The notes under the pieces are model-generated. The model had not been told where the DNA came from, ran no database searches, and worked only from the letters and a program-made list of their open reading frames with translations. From a virus (Duplodnaviria; Caudoviricetes), in the IMG/VR virus record IMGVR_UViG_3300028454_000499, positions 15,135-79,134 of that record: DNA of 64,000 bases, one strand, 5' to 3'. The position numbers were made by a program, and so were the translations under genes. Of this stretch, positions 10,001 to 19,524 are shown piece after piece (the first letter of the stretch is position 1; each line of letters opens with the position of its first letter).

Positions 10001-13000
10001 CATGCCCTTTACCGCAGTCTTATACTCCGTGTCGTTAATGACCGTATTCAGCCAGCCCCACGCCGTTCCCGTGGCTTTCACCTGCTGAATTTCCTGTTTC
10101 AGCCCTTCAATTCTCGCTTTCAAGGAACTCAACTGGGTCTTGGTCGCTTCGGCGTTTGCCTTGGCTGTAGACAGATTATCTTTCTGCTCCTGGACATTCT
10201 TGCCCTTTTCCTTCTCCATGTATTCCTTGATGGCCCCGACCTTAAAACCGTTGTCATCAATGAACTGCTTGGCATCGGTATGGAGGATTGCCGCAATGGT
10301 TTCTTCCATATCCTTCAACTGCTCCTGCTTTGCCTTATATTCCTCGCTGCCCTCGGACACCGTAGACAGGCTCTCCTTGACCTTGTTATACGCTTCGGCA
10401 ACCTGGAGAGCCGCCGTTTCTCTGCGCTTGGTCTGGTCAAGTTCCTGTTCTGCCGTTTCAATCTTTCTTTGCAAAGCATCGGCAGCATCACTTGCCGCAT
10501 TGGCTTCTTCCCCCTCTGCCATCGCCGATAACAAAAGGTCAGCCCCAAGCGTAGCCGCGATGGTAGCCACAATGGTCATTGGACCGCCGAGAACAGCTAT
10601 AGCCGTAGACAACGTGCGGGAGGCCACCGTAGCTACCTTTTCTGCCGTGGCAAAAGCCGTAGTCGCAGCCGTGCCTATCCGCATAGCTACCGTTTTACGT
10701 CCGATTGCCCCAGTTGTTGCATTTTCTGCAACAGCTTGACGAACAGATGCCCCGGCACTTGCCGTTTTCGCGGCGGTATTCGCTGTGGTCTGTGCGGTAT
10801 TCCCTGCGGTCACATTGGATTCCGTTGCTTTGGCTGCGGATGCGGCACCGGTGCTTGCTGTGTTGCCTCGTTCAGCAGCGGTATTTGCCGTCTTACTTGC
10901 GGTATTCGCATCAGTCTGTACCGTGTTAGCCCCTTGGGCTGCGCTATTCGTCTGGAGAGCAGCGGTTTCCTCATTGATTCCCTGGGTATTCCGGCCTGTC
11001 CCCAATACGGCTGCACGTTCCGCACCTTTGGCTCTGCCAGCCTCCTTGGAATCGGTGTACATATCCCCGAAAAGACCTTCGACCTTGCCGCCTTTGCGGT
11101 ATTCCTCGCTCATATTCCAAGTGGTTTTCATAGCTTCCTTTGCCGCAATCAGCTTGCCAATCCCTGCCGATGCTGCCTTGATTGCCACCAAACCGCTTAC
11201 AACGTAGCCCAGATATTTTGCCAAGGACAATACATTGGTCTGACCTTTACCTGCTTCCTCGCTCAATCTGCGAAGTCCGGTTGCAATATCACGAATCTGC
11301 GTAGCGAGCCACTTCATCCCATCGAAACCGCCGGACTGCCCCAGCGTAGCAATGAGATTCACCGCCTCTGCCTTGGCCTGTTCCATCTTACGCTTGATGG
11401 TATCCAACTGGACAGCAACCTGTTCATCCGCAAAGCCCTTGGTCTTGCCATCGTTAAGAACACCCTGCATACGCAGAATTTCCTTGTAATTTTTGAGGAT
11501 AGCGGAAATCTTGGAATACTGATATTTACCACCGGCCAGCGTGGAGAGGAACTTTGTCGTATCCTTTTCCGTAGAACTTACCGCAAGGGAAACATCGAGA
11601 ATTTGCTGCTCCAAAGACCTAACGTGTTCCTTGCCGTCCGTCCCCAGTTCCTTCGTCTTGATGCCCCAGAGATTCAATGCCTTTTCAGCCTTTCCAGAAC
11701 CCATAGTCACAAACAGGGACTTCAATGCCTGTCCGATTTCATTACCAGAACGCGCCGTTGTACGGACACCGGTTTCCACCAATGAGGTGAAGAAGGAGAA
11801 ACTAATCCCTGCCTGTGCCGCCGAAGCACCGGCCACCTGTATTGCCTGGGAAATATCCTGCCCGGATGCAGCACCACTATGAGCAGCCCTCGTCCAAATA
11901 TCAATGATTTCCGAAGAACGGGTTATGAGGTCATTGGTATCTTCCGTCTGCAAATTCCACTGCGACATGGCGGCTTCAAGACCTTTCGTGGCTTCTTCCA
12001 TGGAAAACGCATCAGCCACCGCCATCTTCGCTGCCTGGTCAGTGAATATCTTGGTATTGATTACACCGTTCTCCCCTTGGCCATACATACGACCAATGGA
12101 TTTCGCCGCATCCAATACTTCATCCGTAGCTTGACCATATTTACCGGCTATGCCAATGAAATCCGTCATTGCCTGGTTCATCTTTTCCAGCTCATTGGCA
12201 TAGCCAACGGGGTCAGAATCCTTCATATGCGGATTCGCTTCGATGGACGGAATAACCTGCCGGATACCGGCCATACGGTAGTCAATGTTAGACATTTCGT
12301 TTTCCAGAGCCACCGGCGCACCAGCCGCAATACCAATGGCTGCACCCGTGGTAATCCACTGCATATGCGACATCGCTTTCCGTGCAAACTCGGATTGTGT
12401 ACGGGATGCCCCCTGTATACTGCGCTGATACCGGTCATATTCCTTTTCGGTCAGCCGCAAGGCATTACGCGTTTCCGCAAAAGCCCTTAGATTTTCCTGC
12501 GTAGGTGCTTTGCGGTACGTTGCATAAAGTGCCTCACAGCGGGATTGCAGACGGCGAAGCTCCTGCTCATACGAGCGAACCTCTGTAGTCTGATTGCCAA
12601 GATTCTGGGCAAGTGCCGAAGAATCCCGTGCAGCCGTGGATGCCTTATTGAACGAAACCGCATTATCGTAGTTCAGCACCGGAGAAACCGGAGCCATCGA
12701 CAACGCCTTTTTACCACCAAGGACCCGCAACTGCTCCCGGTACTCATTGGTTACCCTCTGGGCTGCCCTAAGTTCCTCGTCCGTAAGCTGCTTGCCACGG
12801 GAAATAGCCACGCCCCATTTTTCAGCATCATCCTTGACCTTTTTCCATGCGGATTCAAAGGCTGCATTGCCGTTATATTTGCCATTCTGCGCCGCAACAC
12901 TTGCTTCTACGCCCTTCCGGGTTTCCGCAACATTTCTGCGGATGCTCTCGCTGGCCGCCACCTGTTCACGGATAACTTTTGCGTAATCCGTCCATCCCTG

Positions 13001-13669
13001 CTTGCCAAAGGGATTCTCTACGGTTTCAAAACCGTACTTCTGGAGCGTTTCGTTGGAACTATTGACGATGGAACGATATTTGCCATAGGTACTCTGTGCC
13101 AATGCCTTATGGCGTTCCAACGACCTGTCATATGCTTTCAGTGCGCTGTCCTGCGCCCGGATGGCAGCGGTAACCTCGTCAAACTGGGCTTTTGCCTTTG
13201 CTCCCAAAATCTTATCAATGTCCAGATTCTTGATGCGCTGCATTTCATCCTTGACCGCCTTAATCTGCGAAAGGACAACATCGATCGTCTTGGTCTGGTT
13301 GGAATCAGCGATAACAACCTGCCCACCACGCATGATGACTTCTTTTTCCTTGTTGAGTTCACGGAGCATCGTCCGGAGCGCGGTCATATTCTGGGTAAGG
13401 CTCTCGAACCCTTCATCAATCCCCTTGCCCCCCAAGGATAACTTGTCGGCTTCCTTAGCGGCATCCCGGACTGCTTGGGCAAATCTCTTAGCCCCGCCAG
13501 CAGCAGATTCAAAGCCAGCCTTAGAGCCGAAGTCAGACATTGAATGATTGAGTTCCTTGAATGTATCCTCGAACCCCTTTATGTCCGTCCGGATTCCTTC
13601 CAAACGGCGTTTGAAGTAATCTACGTTGAGTTCGACTGTATATTTCAGTGTTCTGTTGTTATCAGCCAA
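7061..13669 (-). CDS. Tape measure protein with lytic transglycosylase and CHAP/NlpC-like peptidase domains
   Basis: 2202 aa; TP901-type TMP core; SLT motifs AIAARESGG / FGMFQV / AYNGG; Cys-His pair VCTTLIQ...AGHVIMIG; C-terminal FATGG motifs. Confidence 0.92.
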   Translation of the reverse strand: MADNNRTLKYTVELNVDYFKRRLEGIRTDIKGFEDTFKELNHSMSDFGSKAGFESAAGGAKRFAQAVRDAAKEADKLSLGGKGIDEGFESLTQNMTALRTMLRELNKEKEVIMRGGQVVIADSNQTKTIDVVLSQIKAVKDEMQRIKNLDIDKILGAKAKAQFDEVTAAIRAQDSALKAYDRSLERHKALAQSTYGKYRSIVNSSNETLQKYGFETVENPFGKQGWTDYAKVIREQVAASESIRRNVAETRKGVEASVAAQNGKYNGNAAFESAWKKVKDDAEKWGVAISRGKQLTDEELRAAQRVTNEYREQLRVLGGKKALSMAPVSPVLNYDNAVSFNKASTAARDSSALAQNLGNQTTEVRSYEQELRRLQSRCEALYATYRKAPTQENLRAFAETRNALRLTEKEYDRYQRSIQGASRTQSEFARKAMSHMQWITTGAAIGIAAGAPVALENEMSNIDYRMAGIRQVIPSIEANPHMKDSDPVGYANELEKMNQAMTDFIGIAGKYGQATDEVLDAAKSIGRMYGQGENGVINTKIFTDQAAKMAVADAFSMEEATKGLEAAMSQWNLQTEDTNDLITRSSEIIDIWTRAAHSGAASGQDISQAIQVAGASAAQAGISFSFFTSLVETGVRTTARSGNEIGQALKSLFVTMGSGKAEKALNLWGIKTKELGTDGKEHVRSLEQQILDVSLAVSSTEKDTTKFLSTLAGGKYQYSKISAILKNYKEILRMQGVLNDGKTKGFADEQVAVQLDTIKRKMEQAKAEAVNLIATLGQSGGFDGMKWLATQIRDIATGLRRLSEEAGKGQTNVLSLAKYLGYVVSGLVAIKAASAGIGKLIAAKEAMKTTWNMSEEYRKGGKVEGLFGDMYTDSKEAGRAKGAERAAVLGTGRNTQGINEETAALQTNSAAQGANTVQTDANTASKTANTAAERGNTASTGAASAAKATESNVTAGNTAQTTANTAAKTASAGASVRQAVAENATTGAIGRKTVAMRIGTAATTAFATAEKVATVASRTLSTAIAVLGGPMTIVATIAATLGADLLLSAMAEGEEANAASDAADALQRKIETAEQELDQTKRRETAALQVAEAYNKVKESLSTVSEGSEEYKAKQEQLKDMEETIAAILHTDAKQFIDDNGFKVGAIKEYMEKEKGKNVQEQKDNLSTAKANAEATKTQLSSLKARIEGLKQEIQQVKATGTAWGWLNTVINDTEYKTAVKGMETANKLLAMANTYHEDGRGVSGWLDDWTVDNLGGVDAVRAQASENYNQWAAKKDRAVSRAKENGNTDVLEQELAALEVKEADLESLLAQQEKTVEEAGVRLSNVETEAAKTDSTATPDNNNYGKTKQSGKGHHGKTLIDYSQDELSAAIHEAAQSDIAQRYQFTEPLLRAIAARESGGDTTIRQYDANGNLLEDYAGSGHFGMFQVTRADAERFGTGDIAVPLNNAMTAVRLLAEKFDSTGELWKAVRAYNGGSDSYVAQVRKNYQAQKASFDFGKDDEFGLPGSFNDDVIAGVKAELGQAYGGSSWRDATQKVCTTLIQKALINAGVDEDTVNNLGAWAPDWSTNASYAFHPYSEVQSGAYIPKAGDIGLTNTDGSGKAGHVIMIGENGEGYYAAAGQGRKSAYYGTNWETAFASSGIEGVISVNELAGKPYTTSVRGGKKKPKSINDFQLDPYQEALWEEQRANERADIATWKAKSQDFLNGGTAGQDRANLAVAELKLASHKVAKQILETSLDSTQKGIKAFLNTHKDIEEMLEKRGTTWEKLVPAEKKALADLAGVDSFKKQVDDEEKIRQKILQTTKAIEEQRQAWEKAAGYMNPDEMDMYLMEKMSTDYELAHPYGDDNPRGNRDVLEAQRDILRDQLERKQAAALEAKKDGDIQRENKLTEYEAAVDKLEELKAKASGGSNEALTDEITKQETEVKRLGLEWKSLANVGTQAEQDTRKEVNETTRALTEKEKEIRKVELEFNKMILDGTVNMFSNVLTAGKSFSESFKELWADIGKFALQQLLKIQLQALFVRWGLKFAGGGDIPGKATGGSIPGYASGGQTAGAISGAGTGTSDSILAYIGNKDRFVYLSNGEYVMTAEATQRIGKDNLDRMNYGKYATGGAISPTPYVPHISTNVTRRAEVLNRDNPNAKMESLMAQQTDLLRNMGKDGNSGGLVVLNTQASSEQVMKALAENPRALNAILGRNQRMGFR

Positions 13670-14040
13670 GTTTTATCACGCTCCTTAAAATATCGCCCAC
13701 GAGGTTCGCCCCTGTTGCTTCTCTGTACCGTCTTACATATAAACTACCGTGTTCTCCTCTAAAATTGCTCTACGGCTTTCCTACGGTTTCTGTGAATATT
13801 TGTATGGAAAAATTGCATTTTGGATAATAAAGTGTTATAATAATGTACATTGTTACACTCAATTTCATATTGCGACATTATTGAATCACTTTCCTACGCT
13901 GAAAAGCGGTTTGTGAACCTAGCATTATTGCCAATGTGGGGGGTAGTCAGCTGCTTCCTTGTTCCCTTGCACTCAATCTAACAACTGCAACGCGGTTAAG
14001 GACGTAGAGGACAAACAATTATTTTTTTGGAGGGATTCTC

Positions 14041-14214
14041 ATGGAAAACATGGAAAATGGCGCAATCGCAAAAGAACTTATGGGTAAACTTATTGGAGCA
14101 GAGCAGATTCTTTTTCTTCTGACCAAGACCCATGACAGTGAGTACACAGAAACTATCGAGATTGTACGCAGTACACTTGCAGAGGCCATGGCACTTGCTG
14201 ACGTAATTGAGTAA
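14041..14214 (+). CDS. Small acidic protein, paralog 1 of 3 (57 aa; not in ORF track)
   Basis: MENMENGAIAKELMGKLIGAEQILFLLTKTHDSEYTETIEIVRSTLAEAMALADVIE; SD GGAGGG; terminator GCACGG..CCGTGC-T5. Confidence 0.7.
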   Translation: MENMENGAIAKELMGKLIGAEQILFLLTKTHDSEYTETIEIVRSTLAEAMALADVIE

Positions 14215-14269
14215 CAAGATTCGGCACGGATTTATTTCCGTGCTTTTTATTTTTTCACAATTTACCTCT

Positions 14270-14298
14270 TGCAATGATAATTTGAAAGTGCTATAATA
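14270..14298 (+). promoter_or_regulatory. sigma-A type promoter upstream of paralog 2
   Basis: TTGCAA-17 bp-TATAAT. A similar TTGCAT-18-TATAAT with extended TG lies at about 13815-13844, upstream of paralog 1. Confidence 0.6.
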
Positions 14299-14535
14299 TG
14301 TACTGCGTTCTGATGAGAGAACGTGGGTCTGTAAAAATACATAACATCCTGCCCTCTAGAACACAATCATATAAGGATGTCTCAAAAATATAATTTAATC
14401 TAAATGAGAAAACGATATTCGATACTTTTCAAACTACTTATTTCAAATGGTTACAAAGTAACTTCAAGTTTTTTCAGCAAATAATATCATATTATGATAT
14501 TGAGATTATATTTTATATGTGGAGGCGTTTTTATT

Positions 14536-14703
14536 ATGGATTACAGTTACGATTATGTGTTGAGTAAGGTATGGACGAAGATTGCAGGTGTAGAGCAGGT
14601 TCTCTCTTATGTCTGCAACGAGGGCGATGAAGGCTACGAAGTAATTGACAACGCTCGCGAAACTCTTATAGATGCCTTAGAACTTATTGACAAAGTTAGA
14701 TAA
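14536..14703 (+). CDS. Small acidic protein, paralog 2 of 3 (55 aa)
   Basis: MDYSYDYVLSKVWTKIAGVEQVLSYVCNEGDEGYEVIDNARETLIDALELIDKVR; SD GGAGG; terminator ACACGG..CCGTGT-T run. Confidence 0.75.
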   Translation: MDYSYDYVLSKVWTKIAGVEQVLSYVCNEGDEGYEVIDNARETLIDALELIDKVR

Positions 14704-14985
14704 TAGAAATACCAAGACACGGTTCAACGCCGTGTTTTTTTATTATCCGTCTTTAATGCACATTTGTACTTTTTCAAAAAATCTGCCCTAAATTTCCACA
14801 TGAATTCAAACTTTGTGGTATAATGCGCCCTCCCCTGCAGCCCATAGGCACAATCCCCGTAAAATCAAAGTTTTTCAAAAAACTGCCCCGTTTTTCCTCG
14901 TGACAAAAAATTATTTGCTATCATAGATACCATAAACAGGGAAGCAAATTCCCCCAATAAAATAATTATATCGGAGGTATCTATT

Positions 14986-15144
14986 ATGGATAGTGAAGTT
15001 TTAGACCGGGTTTGGACAAAAATTGTAGGCGTAGAGCAGGTTCTCTCTTATGTAAGCGATGAATGTGATGAAAATTACGAGGTCATCGCTAATGCCCGTG
15101 ATACGCTGCTCGATGCCGCAGAACTTATTGACAAAGTTAAATAA
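14986..15144 (+). CDS. Small acidic protein, paralog 3 of 3 (52 aa; not in ORF track)
   Basis: MDSEVLDRVWTKIVGVEQVLSYVSDECDENYEVIANARDTLLDAAELIDKVK; SD GGAGGT; terminator GACACGG..CCGTGTC-T run. Confidence 0.75.
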   Translation: MDSEVLDRVWTKIVGVEQVLSYVSDECDENYEVIANARDTLLDAAELIDKVK

Positions 15145-15183
15145 CGGAAACCCAAGGGACACGGCTTACCGCCGTGTCTTTTT

Positions 15184-15422
15184 TTATTCCCCCAACAAAG
15201 CCCTAATAGCATCGTCACCTTCCAGCACCCCATTCGTGGATTCCCCATTAAGTGCTGCCTGTTCCTTCTCGGCGTTCTCACTAAGCCCCACCAGCAAATC
15301 CTCCATCTGGTTAATCCGCAGATTTTCAATGTCCTGCATCGTAAGGCTTGTGTTCTTGACCAAGGATGCAAACAGATTACGCCAATGCGTTTCCTCGCCG
15401 GCCTTTATTTCCGTTTTTTTTT
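15184..15422 (-). CDS. Tail assembly chaperone gpT portion (reached by -1 frameshift)
   Basis: The -1 frame relative to gpG opens across the A9 run; no good start of its own. Confidence 0.7.
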
Positions 15423-15779
15423 GAAGGTGGACAGACCAAGGAGCAGTTCTACAATCTGCGCCGCGGTTTCCAGGTCCAGCCATTCGTTAATCTGTTCCCT
15501 CGTTTCCCGGTAATCCAAAGCCAGCTCCACGATTTCCATTACATCATCCGCAAAGCCGTTATCGAAGTTCACCCGCCCATCCGGCAGCACATCCACTTCG
15601 CCATCATCGTCAATCACCGGTGCCATCGCATACAGAGCAAACGAGCCGGGGTCATACTTCGTGGTAAAATCCGTAACCGTCTGAATATCCTTGAACCGTG
15701 CCGAGTAAACCTTATGCTTCTTACCGTATCTATCGCGTACCATGCGATAAACGGACAGGGTATTTTCCTCATTCTCCAT
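15405..15779 (-). CDS. Tail assembly chaperone gpG
   Basis: Between major tail and TMP; ends TTC AAA AAA AAA CGG AAA TAA. Confidence 0.75.
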   Translation of the reverse strand: MENEENTLSVYRMVRDRYGKKHKVYSARFKDIQTVTDFTTKYDPGSFALYAMAPVIDDDGEVDVLPDGRVNFDNGFADDVMEIVELALDYRETREQINEWLDLETAAQIVELLLGLSTFKKKRK

Positions 15780-15938
15780 CAAAATCACTCCCATTTTCAC
15801 GCTCTGTGGTATAATATAAAAAAGCAAGCGATTAGCCCCTCGCCCTCTATTGGCGGGGGATTGTTAGTCGCTTGCTTTTCTTTTACGCCATTATACCTGT
15901 ATACCATTGCACCATTATAACGGTGTAATGAATCTTCA

Positions 15939-16151
15939 TTATTCTACTTCTTCAATCCTTAAAATATCTTTCATAAACAAAGTCACCAACGGGCTATTAT
16001 CCGCATAGACATCATACGCCCATTCATCATCTTCTTCTGCTGGATTATGTAAATTGACAACATACGAATCACCATCCCATAACGTGAGTTTTGCCTTATG
16101 ATGATTCTTCTGTATAGCGATTAGCCTTTTCAACTTTTCTTGTGAATTCAT
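15939..16151 (-). CDS. Hypothetical protein (70 aa)
   Basis: ORF with AAGG SD, flanked on both sides by 8-bp repeat arrays. Confidence 0.55.
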   Translation of the reverse strand: MNSQEKLKRLIAIQKNHHKAKLTLWDGDSYVVNLHNPAEEDDEWAYDVYADNSPLVTLFMKDILRIEEVE

Positions 16152-16353
16152 AGCCCATACCTTTCACTCAATAACATTGCTATGCTAGTGATTTCTACGC
16201 CTCTCCTGTTTTCTCCTCCTCAATCAATAGTATAATTGTATGACTGTGTACCATTACACCGCTATACAATTACACCGCTATACAATTACACCATTACAAC
16301 GGTGCAATAGAAGAAAAACGGGCTTCAGCCACGAAAGCCAAAGCCCACCTTCC

Positions 16354-17097
16354 TTAGTCCTTCACCTTGGAAATGGTGACCACCGCAAAGTCATCGTGAC
16401 CATCGCCGGGGTCAAGGATATTCACGGTCAGCTGCGGCGTAGAAGCCTTATCACGAGCCGTTTCCATATCGAACTTACCGTCACAACGCACACGACGAGC
16501 ATAGATGTCCACCTGGTACTTCGTACCATCGGAAGATTCCGTCTGGAACATCCAGTTAAACGTTGCTACCTCCGGCATTGCATTTTTCAGCATGGATGCC
16601 TTTACTGCGGTATCATCGTCAGCCTTGTACCACACTGCATACTCACCTGCTGCCGCATCTTCGGCAAAGGTTACCTTACCATCAGCACCAACGTTTACCT
16701 TGTCAGACTTCGCCCCGTCCGGACCCAGAATCGCAATGACCTCTACGCCAGACAGCGTTTCACCGGTCACCAGTTCCGTGGATTCCTTCGTGAGCAGCAC
16801 ACGATTGGTGCGCTTGTTGCCAGCGTTCGTCACATCAACGCCCTGTGCAATCGCCAGCTGGGACAGCTTGAACTCTGCATTGGTAATCTCGATGTTACCT
16901 TCCTTCTTGGAAATGAAGGTGTACAGAGGGAACAGGGAATCACCGCCGTACTGGTCCTCGGTAGTGGCATTGATATTCAGCTTCATGCTCTGGGACGTAG
17001 TAAGTTCCAAGAGTTTACCGGAAACCGTATTCAGAATACCTTTACCGATACCATGCAGAAGCAGGCCCTTATTCAAGATGTTATTAAGATTAGCCAT
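16354..17097 (-). CDS. Major tail protein
   Basis: Position after the tail terminator and before gpG; beta-rich, biased codon usage. Confidence 0.8.
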   Translation of the reverse strand: MANLNNILNKGLLLHGIGKGILNTVSGKLLELTTSQSMKLNINATTEDQYGGDSLFPLYTFISKKEGNIEITNAEFKLSQLAIAQGVDVTNAGNKRTNRVLLTKESTELVTGETLSGVEVIAILGPDGAKSDKVNVGADGKVTFAEDAAAGEYAVWYKADDDTAVKASMLKNAMPEVATFNWMFQTESSDGTKYQVDIYARRVRCDGKFDMETARDKASTPQLTVNILDPGDGHDDFAVVTISKVKD

Positions 17098-17118
17098 GTT
17101 TCACATCACATTCCTTTC

Positions 17119-17547
17119 TTAGTTGAATACCAGCGGCATAAATTCCAGCCGGTACTTAAATATATCCTTGATTCCAGAGGTTCTTTGCCCCTCGGCGCAA
17201 ACACGCTCGTCAAAATGCTCGTGCATAAGGCTGACAATCCTCTCTCGTATCGCTGCGGTGCTTGACCGTCGTTTCGTATAAATGTCAATTCTTAGGATGC
17301 CCTTATTCATGTAAGCATTTTTCGTTGTATTTGCATCGACGAAATAGAACGCAATGAAATTCAAATCACTTGGTTCAAATTCATCTACCTCTTGGTCCCT
17401 GCGCCGGAACTTCAAGGCAAATCTCCTGTCCTTGTCCGGGTGAAACGGAATCCCCGGCTGCGGATTTTCAATGTTAAGGCATTTTCGGAGCAAATCATCC
17501 TCGGTAAAAACCTTGGCAAGTTTATCCGTATACTGAAAAGTATTCAC
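17119..17547 (-). CDS. Tail terminator / completion protein
   Basis: Synteny; LRIDIY motif. Confidence 0.6.
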   Translation of the reverse strand: MNTFQYTDKLAKVFTEDDLLRKCLNIENPQPGIPFHPDKDRRFALKFRRRDQEVDEFEPSDLNFIAFYFVDANTTKNAYMNKGILRIDIYTKRRSSTAAIRERIVSLMHEHFDERVCAEGQRTSGIKDIFKYRLEFMPLVFN

Positions 17548-18125
17548 GTTCCTTCACCTCTCATAACGTACCTGTCGGCCATGTGACCCAAAACATTGTA
17601 CAGGTCATCCTCCATCGTCGCTATCCTTGCTGATTCGCCGGATGCAGCGGTTACGTTATCCCGGATAATATGCTGTCCCTTGATGGGACTTACCTTCTTC
17701 CACGGCTTGCCACCCCCGGCGGTTTCCCATTCGAGGTTCAAGCCATGAGGCATGGCTATCGAAGAACCCTCATGGAAATTACCGTCAAGGTCATAGTAAG
17801 GACCACGGCTGCGGATTTCGTTGCCGCTCTCGTCATTGCCCGGCGGCTTGCCACGCTCTTTATTCCATAACTCGCTTCGTTTGTAATCCGGCAAATCCGG
17901 ATTTTCTTTTTCATCATCCATTTTCGAGCCGGAGCCATGTTCGAGAATCCACATCTTTTGCCCCTGTGCCGTGTATTCCCCACGGACAACATCGTAATCA
18001 TCCTTGACTATCTGGAAGTCAATCTCGGCATTACCTTCCGGTCTTTTATGCTTTGACCAGTCGGAACGAATATCTGCCATGATACCCTTCGCCGTCTTTT
18101 CCATCACGCTTGCCAGTTCACTCAT
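17544..18125 (-). CDS. Neck / tail-completion protein (HK97 gp10-like position)
   Basis: Synteny; WILEHGSG motif. Confidence 0.55.
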   Translation of the reverse strand: MSELASVMEKTAKGIMADIRSDWSKHKRPEGNAEIDFQIVKDDYDVVRGEYTAQGQKMWILEHGSGSKMDDEKENPDLPDYKRSELWNKERGKPPGNDESGNEIRSRGPYYDLDGNFHEGSSIAMPHGLNLEWETAGGGKPWKKVSPIKGQHIIRDNVTAASGESARIATMEDDLYNVLGHMADRYVMRGEGT

Positions 18126-18682
18126 TAGCGGTTATCCTCCGACACCTGCACTTCCAAAAGATTTACATACTTGGCCGTATCCACGTTTACCACGTTGTAG
18201 TTTCTCCCATTAAGTCGAATCCGATACAGGAGGTCAATTTCAATGTCTGGCCGCATGATAATCTTCTTTACGGTGGTCTGGAGTAGACCTGCATCATACT
18301 GTTTCATGGATGCAGAAATATCCGTGAAATTCACAGGCACATTTTCCGCGATGGTTACCGCCTTTTGTTCCACGAGTTCATAATCCTCGTACACATCCTC
18401 GAACCTAATCACCTCAATGTAACCATTGATTCGCCGTCCCTGCATCTGCACAGCATCGGCAGACCGCTGTTTGGCGATGATAAGGAACTTTTCGCCGGAA
18501 ACCTCACGGGTAACCAGCTCCCCATCGGTGATTTCCGTGTCCGTATCGGTGACGATAACCTTGCCATCCGCAATGGTCTTGGGGGCCATGGACTTGCCAC
18601 GGCGCAGCACCAAGGCTTTTTCTGTCTTACCGCGGAAGGTAAGCGGCTCTAAGCGGTCAGTGTAGAACTGCAAGACATTCAT
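18125..18682 (-). CDS. Head closure protein
   Basis: Synteny; RIRLNGRNYNVVNVD. Confidence 0.6.
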   Translation of the reverse strand: MNVLQFYTDRLEPLTFRGKTEKALVLRRGKSMAPKTIADGKVIVTDTDTEITDGELVTREVSGEKFLIIAKQRSADAVQMQGRRINGYIEVIRFEDVYEDYELVEQKAVTIAENVPVNFTDISASMKQYDAGLLQTTVKKIIMRPDIEIDLLYRIRLNGRNYNVVNVDTAKYVNLLEVQVSEDNR

Positions 18683-19245
18683 TGCACCTGCACCCCGTCC
18701 AGAATCCGCTTTACTTCCTCGGTCATCACGCCGTCATTGCCCAGCGTAACCTTGATGTCGTAGTCATCGCGGGACTTCCACCGCAGGATGCCACCCATCT
18801 GCTTGATATTGCAGGCGATAATACCGCAGACACGTTTTACATCCTCCGGGATTTCCGCATAGCCACTCACATAATGCACCGTAATGTTTTTCGGGACATT
18901 GCGGAACATCAAGGCTCTGGGCATATAAAACGTGAAATATGGGGACGTATCGCCGTCGAACTCCAGACACTCCGGGTCAAATTCAAGGGAATCTACACCA
19001 AAGGGGCTGCGCGTTTTTGCGGTCACCTTATCCACGGAGATACGCGGGAAATGCACGAGCTTCCCTCTGGTTTCCTCTGTGGTTCTTCGGTAGGTCAAAT
19101 CCACCCGTTCTGTGCGCTCGACTGCCCCAAAGGAACAGCCCTTGTAGGCATCAATGAGAACGCTTGCCGCCTCAACGTGCTCCATCGTCACGCCCACGGT
19201 CAAGCCGCAATACTTCGTAAGTTCTTCCTCGGTAACGTATGTCAC
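18679..19245 (-). CDS. Head-tail connector / adaptor
   Basis: YVT.EEL start; ITVHYVSGYAEIPEDVK motif. Confidence 0.75.
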   Translation of the reverse strand: MTYVTEEELTKYCGLTVGVTMEHVEAASVLIDAYKGCSFGAVERTERVDLTYRRTTEETRGKLVHFPRISVDKVTAKTRSPFGVDSLEFDPECLEFDGDTSPYFTFYMPRALMFRNVPKNITVHYVSGYAEIPEDVKRVCGIIACNIKQMGGILRWKSRDDYDIKVTLGNDGVMTEEVKRILDGVQVQ

Positions 19246-19418
19246 TTGATGTAACCCTCCTGTCGCAGATAATCCGCAAATTCCGCAGACACCTTAATCT
19301 TCCCGTCCTTAATGGGAATCTCCACGCAATTTGCCATGAAAGACCTGCATTTCTTATACGCCTCTGCTACCTCGTATCCGGTCACTTCGACTTCATCCGT
19401 TTTCTTTTTCGCTGCCAT
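19242..19418 (-). CDS. Small head-region protein (58 aa; not in ORF track)
   Basis: MAAKKKTDEVEVTGYEV...; SD GGGGGTG; GTGA overlap with the next gene. Confidence 0.6.
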   Translation of the reverse strand: MAAKKKTDEVEVTGYEVAEAYKKCRSFMANCVEIPIKDGKIKVSAEFADYLRQEGYIK

Positions 19419-19524
19419 ACTATCACCCCCTCAATCTCACGGCTTAATTAAGCCCTTCAAGGGTAGGGCATATTGGTAAGGGCGTGGGGTTTCCCCTCAC
19501 GCACCCTTCCTTGAAGGGCATGGA

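Noticed and set aside
7101-13762. Many long plus-strand ORFs (e.g. 8414-9775, 10736-11785; likewise 47403-48932)
   Set aside because: Antisense shadows of the TMP and RNR genes, with no SDs or recognisable motifs.
14304-14345. CTGATGAG resembling a hammerhead ribozyme core
   Set aside because: The required stem II followed by GAAA is absent (GTAAA instead); the sequence folds better as a simple CGTTCT/AGAACG hairpin.
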